Shown here in pieces: positions 52,465 through 62,500 of a stretch of DNA of 64,000 nt (positions within the stretch are counted from its first letter, which is position 1; every line of letters begins with the position of its first letter). The stretch spans positions 40,717 to 104,716 of the forward strand of contig CAMDEA010000004.1 of the NCBI GenBank assembly GCA_945893045.1, read 5' to 3'. A program made the position numbers and the translations under genes. Origin of the DNA: Planctomyces sp. SH-PL62. GTDB taxonomy: Bacteria; Planctomycetota; Planctomycetia; Planctomycetales; Planctomycetaceae. The notes beneath the pieces were generated by a model. That model did not search any database. It worked only from the letters and a program-made list of their open reading frames with translations, and was not told the DNA's origin.

Positions 52465-55400
52465 TCATCGCGGACGTTCGGTGATCGTCACTCGATGCAG
52501 CGGGCCGTTGCGATTCCAAGACACGAGGCCGTGTTGAGAGGAAACGCCGTGGTAGGAGAAGAGATTCTCTTTCGGCAGCGGGCGCGGCGCGAGCAATTCG
52601 AACTTCCAATCGCGCGTGTTGAGCCGCGCCCAACCACCGTAGGCGGCGACGAAGCAGTCATCCCCTGCGACGAACAAACTCCCTTCGACCGAGATGATGT
52701 TGTCGCGTTTGGGTGAGGCGATGAAGAGTTCGCTCTTCCAAGGGGCTTCCGGTTTCAGGAAGTCTGGAGCAAGCGACTCGAACAGGTGGATTGTGTTCTG
52801 AATCAGCCGTCCGTTGGCGGCAACCACGGGTCGCCAAGGATACCCGTCTTCGCGAAAGTTGCCGGGCAAGGCGGAGACCTTCAGCGAGGTGAGGTCGATC
52901 ACCAACGGTTGGATTTCGGTCGCTCGGAAGGGGGCCATGCGGCGGCCGAGGATCGCCACCGGGCGTGGGATCGGTTGCGGTTTTTGAAAGAGCGTCAGCC
53001 ACGTCGCTTCGGCGGCGATGTCGGCGTTTTGGAATTGAGTCAGATCGCCGAGCTGCGCGACCTTCGTGCCCTGCTGAATGATCTTCACATCCCACGAGTC
53101 AGCCGGTTCGAGCGTGACGACCGCAATCCAGAGCCGCTTCAACGGACCATAGTTTGCCGCCACGAGACAGCGACCCTGACCGAACGGCAGGATTCTCAGC
53201 GACGGCGCGGTACGCAATGCCGATCCCGGATAGTTCTGGTCTTGAAACAGCGGGGATGGCTTCGGATCAAACGGCGGCAACTGCGTCGCATCGGCCACGA
53301 GCGTGTCACTCTCCGGTGAGCCCCCCTTCGACGATTGCGCCGGAAAATGCCCCAGCAGTTTGCCGCTGAGGTCGAGCACTCGCAGACCTGACTCGGCGGT
53401 GACGACCCACAGCCAGCGGCCATCGAAAAGCACTTCGTGCAAGAAGTCGCGTGAGTATTTGACGGCGAGTTTTGGCCGCTGAAAGATCGGTTTCAATTCG
53501 CCGCCGACTGGCATCAGCCAAAGTTGGTCGCTGTTCCAAACGGCGTCCAGGCCGTCGCCGCAGCGCGTAATGACCTCGAACGGAGCCTGCGTTCCCTCGA
53601 TCGGCTCGAATCGTACGAGTGGCCGATCGTCCGGCTTGGGCGGTTCGTTGCTGGGCGGCGGCTGACGCTTCTTGGTGGCGATGAACTCTCCGAAGCCCTT
53701 GTCATTCACGGCGTGAATTGTCGTCAGGATCTTGTCGATGTCCGCCACGAGTTCTTCGCTGTCGGGATACTTCTTCCGCCAGGTGGTCAGGAACTTTTGC
53801 AGCGACTCGAATTCGGCGGTGATCTCTTCTTTCGATTTCGATTGCGTGCGAACCGCCTCACCCCACATGCCGCAGCGTCCGTAGAACTCACCCCAGGGAT
53901 GTTTCGATTCGATCAAGCGGTTGTAGTGCGCGATCAACTCTCCGTCGCCCAGTTTGTGAACCGTGACGTAGTTCAGATTGTCGCCGCTGCCAAACCCGAT
54001 CTGAGCCATCCCCATTTTGGAGGGCATGGCTCGCGCGACCAGCGACGGGATCGGCCAGCGCGGATGATGCACTTCCGTCGCCAGACGTTCGATGTCTCGC
54101 AAACCTTGAATCAGCTCCTCGCGTTTCGGAGCGACCAGCGAAGTTCGGCTGATGTTTGTCACCGTGCTGGCTGCCGAGCGGCTCCACAATTTCGACTGGC
54201 CTGCTGGATTCGGTCCCCAGATGACCTGCGTCGCCCCGATGGCTCGCCGCACCTCATCGAGCGGTTCGCCGCGCCGCGGTTTCGCGTCCAGCCGATGCAA
54301 CCGCGGAATGTTGTCCCAGAAGAATTGCTGTTTCAGCGTGTGACGAGTGGCTTTCGAGTCGGGCTTGTGCTGCACAGGAACCGGCAGGATCATCCCGTGT
54401 GACCACAACATGCTCCCCTCGACGAGATTCAGTTCGCGATTCGCGAGCATCCCTTCGATCAATTGCAAACAGCGGCGACTGTGCTCGAACACGGCGGCCT
54501 CGTGAATGGCTCGCAACTTGTGAGACGCCTCCGTCGGCTTGAACCCACCCTGGCCTTCCACCTTCGTCATGACCTTGATCTCGGCTTGCGTATGCTGCCG
54601 CTGCATCACTCGCGATCCGTGAAAGTAGTCCGTCAGCAACCGCAATCGCTCGTTGAACGGATCGTGCAGCAACAGCGCCGATTCACGCAGCGCGATCGCT
54701 TCGGGAAACGCACCCAGCCGAGTGAAATTCTCCGCCCGCTTGAGCAACGCCAATCGTTGTTGATCGCGAGACAGTTTTGTTTTCGTCGCCGCCGATTTCA
54801 GAATCCCGCTCGCCACGTCGCCCGACAGCCAGGTCGCCGCTTCACTGAGCTTGAGCTTGTCTCGCTTCCACGTCCCGGTTTTCCCGCCGCTGGCTTTGAC
54901 GGAGACATCGAGCGTGACCTTCGACGCCTCGACCGCGCGAGCCAACTCCGGGATCACAAACTCCGCCTCGATCAGCGTTGGTACGACGCGGTCCTTGATG
55001 TTGCCGCCCGTGCGTTCGAGTTCAATGCCGATCGCGCGCGCCTCTTCGATTTCCAACACCGCCGTCCCCGGCTGTTCGCTGAGCGCCTGTCCGAGCAGCC
55101 CCGCCAAGCCGAACTGCAAATGATCGAACTCGTGCGTCAGCGACTTCGACAGAAACGGCGACACCGCGATGATCTGCTCGACCCCGCGAGCGAACTTCGT
55201 CCGCGTTCGCTCAATCTCAGCCGCGATGTTCGAGACCACTTGATCCAGCCGATCGGCCGCGAGTTCAAACTGTTCCAATTTCAATCGCGATCCGTAGCGG
55301 CATTCGCAGACAACCAACTTGACCGACTTCTTGCCGTCCTGCTCGGCCAACGACAACAGCACGAGCGCATCCGCTTTCAACCGCTGCCCGACATCCAAGC

Positions 55401-55677
55401 GCTGAGCCGCCCCATCCGCTCCGAAGAGCTTGGTCAGCTCCACCTCGCGAGCGATCGCGTCCCACTGCTCGCGCTCGACCAATTCCAACTTGCGTTTGGA
55501 AAGCTCCGCCACCAGCAAGTCCGACACCCCCGCATCCCGCACCGCCGGAGACGCCAAGACCGCCCAACGCTGAAAGGAAACGGGACTGGCAAGTTTGTCC
55601 GCCGGGGACACAAGTTGCGGGGCCAGGACAGAGACAATGACCGCGGCGAATCGCAGCCTGAAGTACTTGGTGAGCAT
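52465..55677 (-). CDS. Giant secreted protein, paralogue A: twin CsgG/LpoB-like N-terminal modules + helical region + beta-propeller-like C-terminal region
   Basis: ATG 55677; signal-like MLTKYFRLRFAAVIVSVLAPQLVSPA. Module 1: WAVLASPAVRDAGVSDLLVAELSKRKLELVEREQWDAIAREVELTKLFG..ADALVLLSL. Module 2: IIAVSPFLSKSLTHEFDHLQFGLAGLLGQAL..AVLEIEEARAIGIELE. It aligns along its full length with 55731..59504. Confidence 0.85.
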   Translation of the reverse strand: MLTKYFRLRFAAVIVSVLAPQLVSPADKLASPVSFQRWAVLASPAVRDAGVSDLLVAELSKRKLELVEREQWDAIAREVELTKLFGADGAAQRLDVGQRLKADALVLLSLAEQDGKKSVKLVVCECRYGSRLKLEQFELAADRLDQVVSNIAAEIERTRTKFARGVEQIIAVSPFLSKSLTHEFDHLQFGLAGLLGQALSEQPGTAVLEIEEARAIGIELERTGGNIKDRVVPTLIEAEFVIPELARAVEASKVTLDVSVKASGGKTGTWKRDKLKLSEAATWLSGDVASGILKSAATKTKLSRDQQRLALLKRAENFTRLGAFPEAIALRESALLLHDPFNERLRLLTDYFHGSRVMQRQHTQAEIKVMTKVEGQGGFKPTEASHKLRAIHEAAVFEHSRRCLQLIEGMLANRELNLVEGSMLWSHGMILPVPVQHKPDSKATRHTLKQQFFWDNIPRLHRLDAKPRRGEPLDEVRRAIGATQVIWGPNPAGQSKLWSRSAASTVTNISRTSLVAPKREELIQGLRDIERLATEVHHPRWPIPSLVARAMPSKMGMAQIGFGSGDNLNYVTVHKLGDGELIAHYNRLIESKHPWGEFYGRCGMWGEAVRTQSKSKEEITAEFESLQKFLTTWRKKYPDSEELVADIDKILTTIHAVNDKGFGEFIATKKRQPPPSNEPPKPDDRPLVRFEPIEGTQAPFEVITRCGDGLDAVWNSDQLWLMPVGGELKPIFQRPKLAVKYSRDFLHEVLFDGRWLWVVTAESGLRVLDLSGKLLGHFPAQSSKGGSPESDTLVADATQLPPFDPKPSPLFQDQNYPGSALRTAPSLRILPFGQGRCLVAANYGPLKRLWIAVVTLEPADSWDVKIIQQGTKVAQLGDLTQFQNADIAAEATWLTLFQKPQPIPRPVAILGRRMAPFRATEIQPLVIDLTSLKVSALPGNFREDGYPWRPVVAANGRLIQNTIHLFESLAPDFLKPEAPWKSELFIASPKRDNIISVEGSLFVAGDDCFVAAYGGWARLNTRDWKFELLAPRPLPKENLFSYHGVSSQHGLVSWNRNGPLHRVTITERPR

Positions 55678-55730
55678 GACGCGGGATTCTCAGTCTATGA
55701 GGGAACGGATCGCGAACGATCGCGGACAAA

Positions 55731-58700
55731 TCACTCCGTTTCCGTCCCCGCAGGATTTGGAAAGCTGGAATGATCGCTCAATTGAAGATCGGGAATTGTG
55801 ACGAGGTGTTTTTTGCCTTGAGGTGAAATGGTCGTGCTGACTCCGTGAATTCCACGTAATGCTTTGCATTGAGCAAGGGCTTTCAGTCCGTCGTCGGTGA
55901 ACGCCGGGCCGTACACAAACAACGTCCGCAGATTGCTGAGGTGTCGGACATGCTCCAAGCCTTGATCCGAAAAACCGTTTCCGTTGGTGGTCCCTTCCAA
56001 GTGCAGGAAAACCACCTTGGACGGTGATTTCAGGAACGCGAGTCCTTCGTCGGTGATCTTGGTTTCGACAAGCCGCAGTTGATTCACCGCAGCCAGTTGT
56101 CCGATGGTTCGCATCCCCGCATTGGTGATTGGCGCTTGAACCAACCGCACGTCGGCGAGTTGATGCAAGTCTTTCAGCAACGCCAGTTGTTCATCCCCTC
56201 CCCGCCACTGGGCTGGCAAGTAGACGATGGTTTCCCAGGTTTGCTCGGCGGTGCTGTTGATGTTGAATCGTTGGCTCCACCCCCAGTGAGTGCCGACTCG
56301 TCCGCCCAACTCCTGAATGCGCTGCACCGCCGCCGCATGTTCCTGGCGGCGAGTCTTGGGGACAAACGGGAATTCGTTTTCGATCTTGTTCCACTCGTCC
56401 CAGGGTTGGTCGATCAAGACCTGGTAGAGTTGGTCACGAAGATTCCAGGCCACGACTCCGTAAACCGCCGAGGCCGCGCAAAACTGGAACCGCTGATGAA
56501 ACGGCAAAGCCTGCGTCGTGAGTTCCTCGATCGTTTCCCGCTGGAGGTCCACGCGAGACCAATGCCGGTTGGGGATCACCGCTCGACCAGCGGCATCTTG
56601 GAACGGAGTGGACCTCGGCTGAACCCCCCAGAGGCGATCCCCGTAACGTTGATTCGGAAATGGCTGCGACCTTTTCCAATCGGAGTCCAACGACTCGCCG
56701 GGAACGAGCAAATCCAATGCGGTCGTCCCAACTCCCAGAACCCGATCTCCGCTGGTGATGTAAAAATCGTGAGACAGCTTCGGTGTTGGCTCGGCTGCGG
56801 GGACGCTGACGCTCAGCGTCTGCAAATCGATCAACAGCGGTGGTAAGTCTTGGATGCCGACCGTTCGGCCGATCAGCAGCGTGCGTTGAGGATCTCGACG
56901 AAGCTCAAATGCGAACTTCGGCTTGAACGTGCAGTGGGAGTCCGTCATCGCCGTCGGATCGAAAGAGACGCCGGCCGTGTGAATGACCCGAGCCGTGACG
57001 CTCTTGGGATTCGCCTTGGTCCGTCGCAGTTCGGCGATCCAAACGCGCTTTTCGCGGCCGATCAGACCAAGTGCCAAACAGCGTCCTGGTGCGATGGGCC
57101 ACAGCGGCAGCAGTCCCTGATACTCGGTCGGCCACGGTCCACGATTCAGCTTCCAAGCGGTCTCCGGGAACGTCGCGACGGCGTCGAATCGAGGCAGCGT
57201 GTTCGACACGTCCTCTTTGGCATCGCTGACACTCGGCTGATTCCCGGCCGGTGCCAGTGGCAGCTTCGCGACGGTTTCACCGGTGGCAGAAATCAATTGG
57301 ATCCCTTTTTGAATCGACGGAATCCAGAACACTTCGCCGTCCCAAGTTGGCTCAATCAGCCGATCGGGAAGGTTGACCGAGAAGATCGTCCGCGGTGGTT
57401 TGCCGGGCTGAATGACATCCACCCGTGTGTGCGTCCAAGCGACATCGAGCGAATCATGGCAACGTTTCCAACCAATCCACGGAGCCGGAATGCCTAACGG
57501 ACGGAATAGAACTCGCTGCTGCGGAGCAGGCTCAGGAATGAGGTTTCGAGGCAGTGAATGTTTTTTGACAAGCCCTTCGCCTGCACCTTTTCCTTTGGGA
57601 GATTCCATCACCAACCGCTTGCGACTCCAACGATCTTCCAAGGTCTCCAGGATTCGGAGCACCGCAAACTCGGCGGAGTTTCGGTCGTCGCACTCGGAAG
57701 CCGCCAGCATTTTCGTGAACTCTGCACGCAAGCGGAGCAACTCGTTCAGCAACGACTGCATGTCGGCCGGAGTTTTGGCGGAGTCTCCCCTCGCGGATAA
57801 TTCGCCGACTCGCCCGCACCAGCCAGCCGCCCCTTTCTGCTTCCGCAGGCGATTCAAGAAGTCCGACTGTTCGGAGTCTGGAACCTTCAATCGGGTGAGC
57901 GTGTCGGGAAGCGTTTTCACCACCAATTCCAGCGCTTCCGCAAGCGGGTAATCCTGTGGAAACACTTCGTCAAACAGCCGCTCGACATGGTTCAGCCAGA
58001 GCTTGGAATCACCGGGCACTTTCCGGCCTTCAGGAATCTGACTTTCGATCCAAGCCTGTTCCCAGCGGATGGCGACTTTCGCACAGAGATGCTGCTGCAA
58101 ATACCGTGAGACAGGTGCTCGCGGATTGACGTTGGACCGGTCTCGAAATCGCGGATGAAGCTGGCCATCACGAAGCTGAAAATCCAGTTGAGAGAGAAGC
58201 GGCCAGAGTCGTCCGCCGATTTGATGATAAACCGCCTCCGACGGCAGCGGCTGGCGAGCGGCTCGAAACGCAAACAGAAATCCGGTGCTCTCGGACATCG
58301 ACCTCAACAGGTACGCGGCCTCGATGCGATTCACCAAGCGATTCGACAACAGAAAGTCCAAATGGCCCCCCGCGATTTCGAACAGCTTTTGGTGATCTTG
58401 GAACTGATACTTTTCACCCGCGTGAATCTCGTCACCGTGATTCAACTTTAAGGACAGCAGCAAGCTTTCCTGAATCAACGCAATCCGCTCACCCACATCC
58501 TGCGGTTGCAGCAACAAAGCGGCTTCTCGGAGTTCCGTCGAATGCCGGAAGCTATTGGCCTCAGCCATGACCTGAGCACGCTGAGCCAACCGCTCAAACT
58601 GCTGCTCGCGCGACAACGGAGCGCCATGAGTGGTCTCCATCAACTGCAAGAGGCTCGTGGGGAGACTCCGTGTCAGGTGGTTGATCACTTCGTCCGAGGT

Positions 58701-59504
58701 CAGTCCTGACTTTTCGATTCGCTGGCGATCTGCCTTCGCTCCAACGACGTCCACGGCCAGACGGAACGAGTTCTTCTTGGCGGTCCCCAACACTTCAAAT
58801 TCCCCCTCGACGAACACCGGCACGCGACGCTCTCCCAGGACTGTTCCCGTCAAACTCAACTCGCGGAGAATCTGCCGAGCCTCCTCGACCTCCAACACAG
58901 CGATCCCCGGAGCGTCCGCGAGCGAAGTCTGTAGCAAGACCGAATAGCCCGCTTGCAAGTGATCGAAATCGTGCGTCAGATTCCGAGAAACAAACGGTAA
59001 CACCGCCACGATCCTGCCGACGCCACCAGCGAATCGTTTGCGTGACTCCTCAACCGCGCCGCAGACTTTTTGCACCAAGAGTTCCACGCCGTCGGCTGGA
59101 AACGGAAAGTGCTCCAACCGCAATCGCGAGCCGTAACGGCAATCGCTGATGACCAGCTTCACGAATCTCTTTTTGTCGTGTTCGACCAACGACAGCAACA
59201 CGAGCGCATCGGCCTTCACCAGTTGGCCGACCTTCAGACGCCGCGCCGCGCCGTCCGCGGCAAGCAACTTCGAGAGTTCGATCTCCTTCGCGACGGCCTC
59301 TATTTGTTCGCGCTCCACCAACTCAAACGACTTCTGCGATAGCTCCACCGTCAGCAAGTCTGGCAGACCTGTGGCGGCGACCTCCGGCGCGGACAACACC
59401 GCCCAGCGTCGGAAGTGGGGTTCGTCCGCAGGCGCGGCGACGACTCGGCACAACAAACCGATCCAGACGCAAAGGGTGAGAAGTCGCGATTTGGTCATGT
59501 TCAT
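55731..59504 (-). CDS. Giant secreted protein, paralogue B: same architecture plus C-terminal leucine-rich repeats
   Basis: The track start is TTG 59507; ATGs lie at 59504 and 59498 (MNMTKSRLLTLCVWIGLLCRVVAAPA). WAVLSAPEVAATGLPDLLTVELSQKSFELVEREQIEAVAKEIELSKLL..ADALVLLSL; IVAVLPFVSRNLTHDFDHLQAGYSVLLQTSL..AVLEVEEARQILRELS. LRR tail: LKDLHQLADVRLVQAPITNAGMRTIGQLAAVNQLRLVETKITDEGLAFL..LRTLFVYGPAFTDDGLKAL. Confidence 0.85.
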   Translation of the reverse strand: MNMTKSRLLTLCVWIGLLCRVVAAPADEPHFRRWAVLSAPEVAATGLPDLLTVELSQKSFELVEREQIEAVAKEIELSKLLAADGAARRLKVGQLVKADALVLLSLVEHDKKRFVKLVISDCRYGSRLRLEHFPFPADGVELLVQKVCGAVEESRKRFAGGVGRIVAVLPFVSRNLTHDFDHLQAGYSVLLQTSLADAPGIAVLEVEEARQILRELSLTGTVLGERRVPVFVEGEFEVLGTAKKNSFRLAVDVVGAKADRQRIEKSGLTSDEVINHLTRSLPTSLLQLMETTHGAPLSREQQFERLAQRAQVMAEANSFRHSTELREAALLLQPQDVGERIALIQESLLLSLKLNHGDEIHAGEKYQFQDHQKLFEIAGGHLDFLLSNRLVNRIEAAYLLRSMSESTGFLFAFRAARQPLPSEAVYHQIGGRLWPLLSQLDFQLRDGQLHPRFRDRSNVNPRAPVSRYLQQHLCAKVAIRWEQAWIESQIPEGRKVPGDSKLWLNHVERLFDEVFPQDYPLAEALELVVKTLPDTLTRLKVPDSEQSDFLNRLRKQKGAAGWCGRVGELSARGDSAKTPADMQSLLNELLRLRAEFTKMLAASECDDRNSAEFAVLRILETLEDRWSRKRLVMESPKGKGAGEGLVKKHSLPRNLIPEPAPQQRVLFRPLGIPAPWIGWKRCHDSLDVAWTHTRVDVIQPGKPPRTIFSVNLPDRLIEPTWDGEVFWIPSIQKGIQLISATGETVAKLPLAPAGNQPSVSDAKEDVSNTLPRFDAVATFPETAWKLNRGPWPTEYQGLLPLWPIAPGRCLALGLIGREKRVWIAELRRTKANPKSVTARVIHTAGVSFDPTAMTDSHCTFKPKFAFELRRDPQRTLLIGRTVGIQDLPPLLIDLQTLSVSVPAAEPTPKLSHDFYITSGDRVLGVGTTALDLLVPGESLDSDWKRSQPFPNQRYGDRLWGVQPRSTPFQDAAGRAVIPNRHWSRVDLQRETIEELTTQALPFHQRFQFCAASAVYGVVAWNLRDQLYQVLIDQPWDEWNKIENEFPFVPKTRRQEHAAAVQRIQELGGRVGTHWGWSQRFNINSTAEQTWETIVYLPAQWRGGDEQLALLKDLHQLADVRLVQAPITNAGMRTIGQLAAVNQLRLVETKITDEGLAFLKSPSKVVFLHLEGTTNGNGFSDQGLEHVRHLSNLRTLFVYGPAFTDDGLKALAQCKALRGIHGVSTTISPQGKKHLVTIPDLQLSDHSSFPNPAGTETE

Positions 59505-59541
59505 CAATGGGTCTGAAGATTGAACGATGAGTTGAGCCGAT

Positions 59542-62500
59542 TCATTTCGATTCCGGGCGTGGCGTCAAAGTTTTGTTCGGCTGGCTGGGTTCGGGGACGT
59601 TGAGATCAAGCACAAAGTCGTCGCGCGATTTGGGCAAGTCGACGTAGGTGTACCGGCGAAAGCCCGTGAGGCGAATCTTTCCTGGCAGCAGGCCCTCGAT
59701 CTGGAACTTGCCATCGGCGTCGACTTTGGTGACGCCGCTGAAGAAGCTGCCCGAGAGGTTGCCTCGGTGATCTTTGCAGTGTTGGTCGAATCGCAAAGTC
59801 CGATCGCCGCCGGCGGTCAGTCCTTCGATTCGTCCCGAAAGGGTCAGCGACGGCAGGAGCTTCCAGACTTGGTCGGCCTTCCCACCTTCGACATTCGTCA
59901 GGACGAGACGCGGCTTGCCATCGACATCGACACGCATCGTGCAGGGCAGCTTGTCGGCGAGTTGATTGAGCACGAACTTTCCGTCGGGGTCGGTCTTCGT
60001 CATTTCTCTCGCGTTCGGGTAGTAGCTTCCGATGCGATCGTACAACAGCAGGATTGGCGCGCCGGCGACTGGCTGGTCATTCTCATCCACGACTCGTCCC
60101 GAAGTCGGTTGTGCTCGCGGGATTTTGAGCTTCGCTGGTTCACCTTCGACGGCACGGAGTTTGATCCCGCCCGTCGGCTGATGTCCGGGAGCGCGGATCG
60201 TGAAGGTGTATTCGTCCTGGGCAGCGTGGTCCAAACGAACTTGCCCCTCGGCGTCGGAAGCGAGTTTGATGGGAAAGTTTCCGAAGCGACACACGGCCGC
60301 GACTTCGGCGTTCGGCACCGGTTGGTTGGCGTCGTTGAGCACGGCGACATTCCAGGTGAAGCCACGTTTTAAGGTGATCGTCCCCAGGTCGAGCGTCTCG
60401 CCCGGCTTCGCTTCTTTGAGTTCCACGATCGTTGGAGCGTAACCCGGCACGGTGATGCAGGCTGAAATCATCCCGGCATCGACGCGTGCCGCGAGCTTGC
60501 CAGTTCGAATGGACGGGCCTTGTCCCGAAACCGAGCCGTAGTGAGTTTCCTTGCCCGACGTGTATGGCCCCGAGTGCGACTTGATCCAGCAGGTGCCATC
60601 GCTTCCGAGCGGTTGGTCATCCTCGGTGACGATCGTGGCTTGAACGATGCAGGTCTTCGGCGTTGTCGATGCGAACGGCACGGCGACTTTGGCGGGAGCG
60701 GTCGGAATCGGCTGCGTCGGCATCGGAGCCGCGAGGTCGATCACATAGTCATCGTTCGTTTTCGGAAGCTCGACTTCAAAGAACCTCCGAAAGCCTTCCA
60801 ACTGGATCACACCGGGGATCAGGTCGTCGATGCGGAATCGACCTTCCGCGTCGAGATTGATTTCACCACTGAAGAGCGACACCGCCGGTTGGCCTCGTTC
60901 GTTAAGAATGCGTTGACTGTATTTCAATTGCCGCCGGTCTTGGGGACTCAGCCCGATGACTCGGCCCGACAGGCGAATCAGCGGCAGCAGCTTCCAAACT
61001 TGATCCGTTTGCCCGCCGGTGACGTCAGTCCGGCCGAACCGCGTTCGATCTTCGACTTCCACATGGATCGTGTGCTGTGCGTCTTTCAGTTGATCGAGCA
61101 CGAACCGGCCGTTGGCATCGGTCTTGGCAATCTCGCGTCCATTGCCGACGCCATAGCTGCCGGACTTCAAGATCAGCCGTGCCCCGGCAACCGGCTTGCC
61201 GTTTTCATCGACGACGGTTCCGGTTGTCGGTCGAGCACGCAACAACTTCAACGTCGTGACGCGATCGGCTCGCGCGGGGACTTTGGCAAACGCCATCGGT
61301 TGATGTCCGGGAGCACGCACGATCAACGAGTACTCCGCTTCTGCCGCGTGAGGCAACCGCGCCGCGCCGTCTGCGCCGCTGGCTGTACTCGTCGCCACTT
61401 CCGTGAAACGGCAGACAGCCGAGACTTCCGCGTTCGGAACCGGCTGGCCCACGTCGTTCTGGATCGTGAATCGCCAATCGAAGCCTCGTTTCAAAGTGAT
61501 CGTTCCCAGGTCGAGCGTTTCTTTAGCCTTCCCTTCGCGCAGTCCGACGATGGCCGGCGCATATCCCGGCGCGAGAATGCCGAGCGAGATCATGCCCGGC
61601 TGCATCTCGGCCTGGGCGAGTCCTCCATCAAGTTTGACTCGCAGCCCCGACGAATTGCCGTAAACGGTCTCGCCGTTGCGATCCGACGGATTCTGGAATG
61701 ACTGAAATAAGACAGCACACTGCTCGGCATCCAATCGGACTTTGTCTTCCGTCTGAATCAACGCTTTCACGAGGCACTTCGCCAACGGAACGTACGGCGT
61801 GGAACGTGCGGAAGCATTCGGCATTGTCGCGCGAGCGACTTGGCCATCAGGTGACTTGTTCACCGGGCTGCCCGTTCCCAAATCCAGTCGCCAGATCGTG
61901 CGCGAGTCTGCCGCGACAAATTGCCGCCCGTTGGCCAGCAGATCAAAACCGACGCGCGGAGCAAACCGCTCCGATCCGTTATCGGGCGACGGCAATTTCG
62001 TGTACTCGTGCCGATCCAACGACAGCCGAGCGAAGGGACTCGCCGACCACAGAAATCCATCCACCACCAGCGGCGGCGATTCCATCAAGAAGTTTCCCAC
62101 GTCGGGTGAGCGCAGAACCTTGGCTTGAACACGGGCGAGATCGACCTCGATCGTGCATGACATGTTGGAAATCACGACTCGGTCGCCGCGCAGCGGGCCG
62201 GTCCACACGATGTTGTCGCCACTGAGCTTCGGCCCCCAGGTTCCCTGATCTGCTTCGACGATGTTGAGCAACTCCGTGAAGCGGCCATCGGCGGGAGTCA
62301 GTTGCCACAAGTGGTCGCCGATCGCGAACACGATTCGCTTCCGCGCCGAGTCGGCGATCAGCATCGGGACGCGAAACGGCTTCCGGTCGTCAAACGGCGA
62401 GAGCTTTTGTTTGCGGCGGCTGGAGGCCAGCACGTCGCACCGGTTTTGAGCGAGGTCATACGCGATCAAATAACCGTCGCCGATTCCCGCATAGATTTTC

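Noticed and set aside
50439-61701. Antisense ORFs 50439..51986, 53524..54402, 54463..55773, 56079..56846, 56850..57497, 60520..61701
   Set aside because: Same reasoning: each is opposite a coherent long gene, has Arg-rich featureless translation, and shows no start context.
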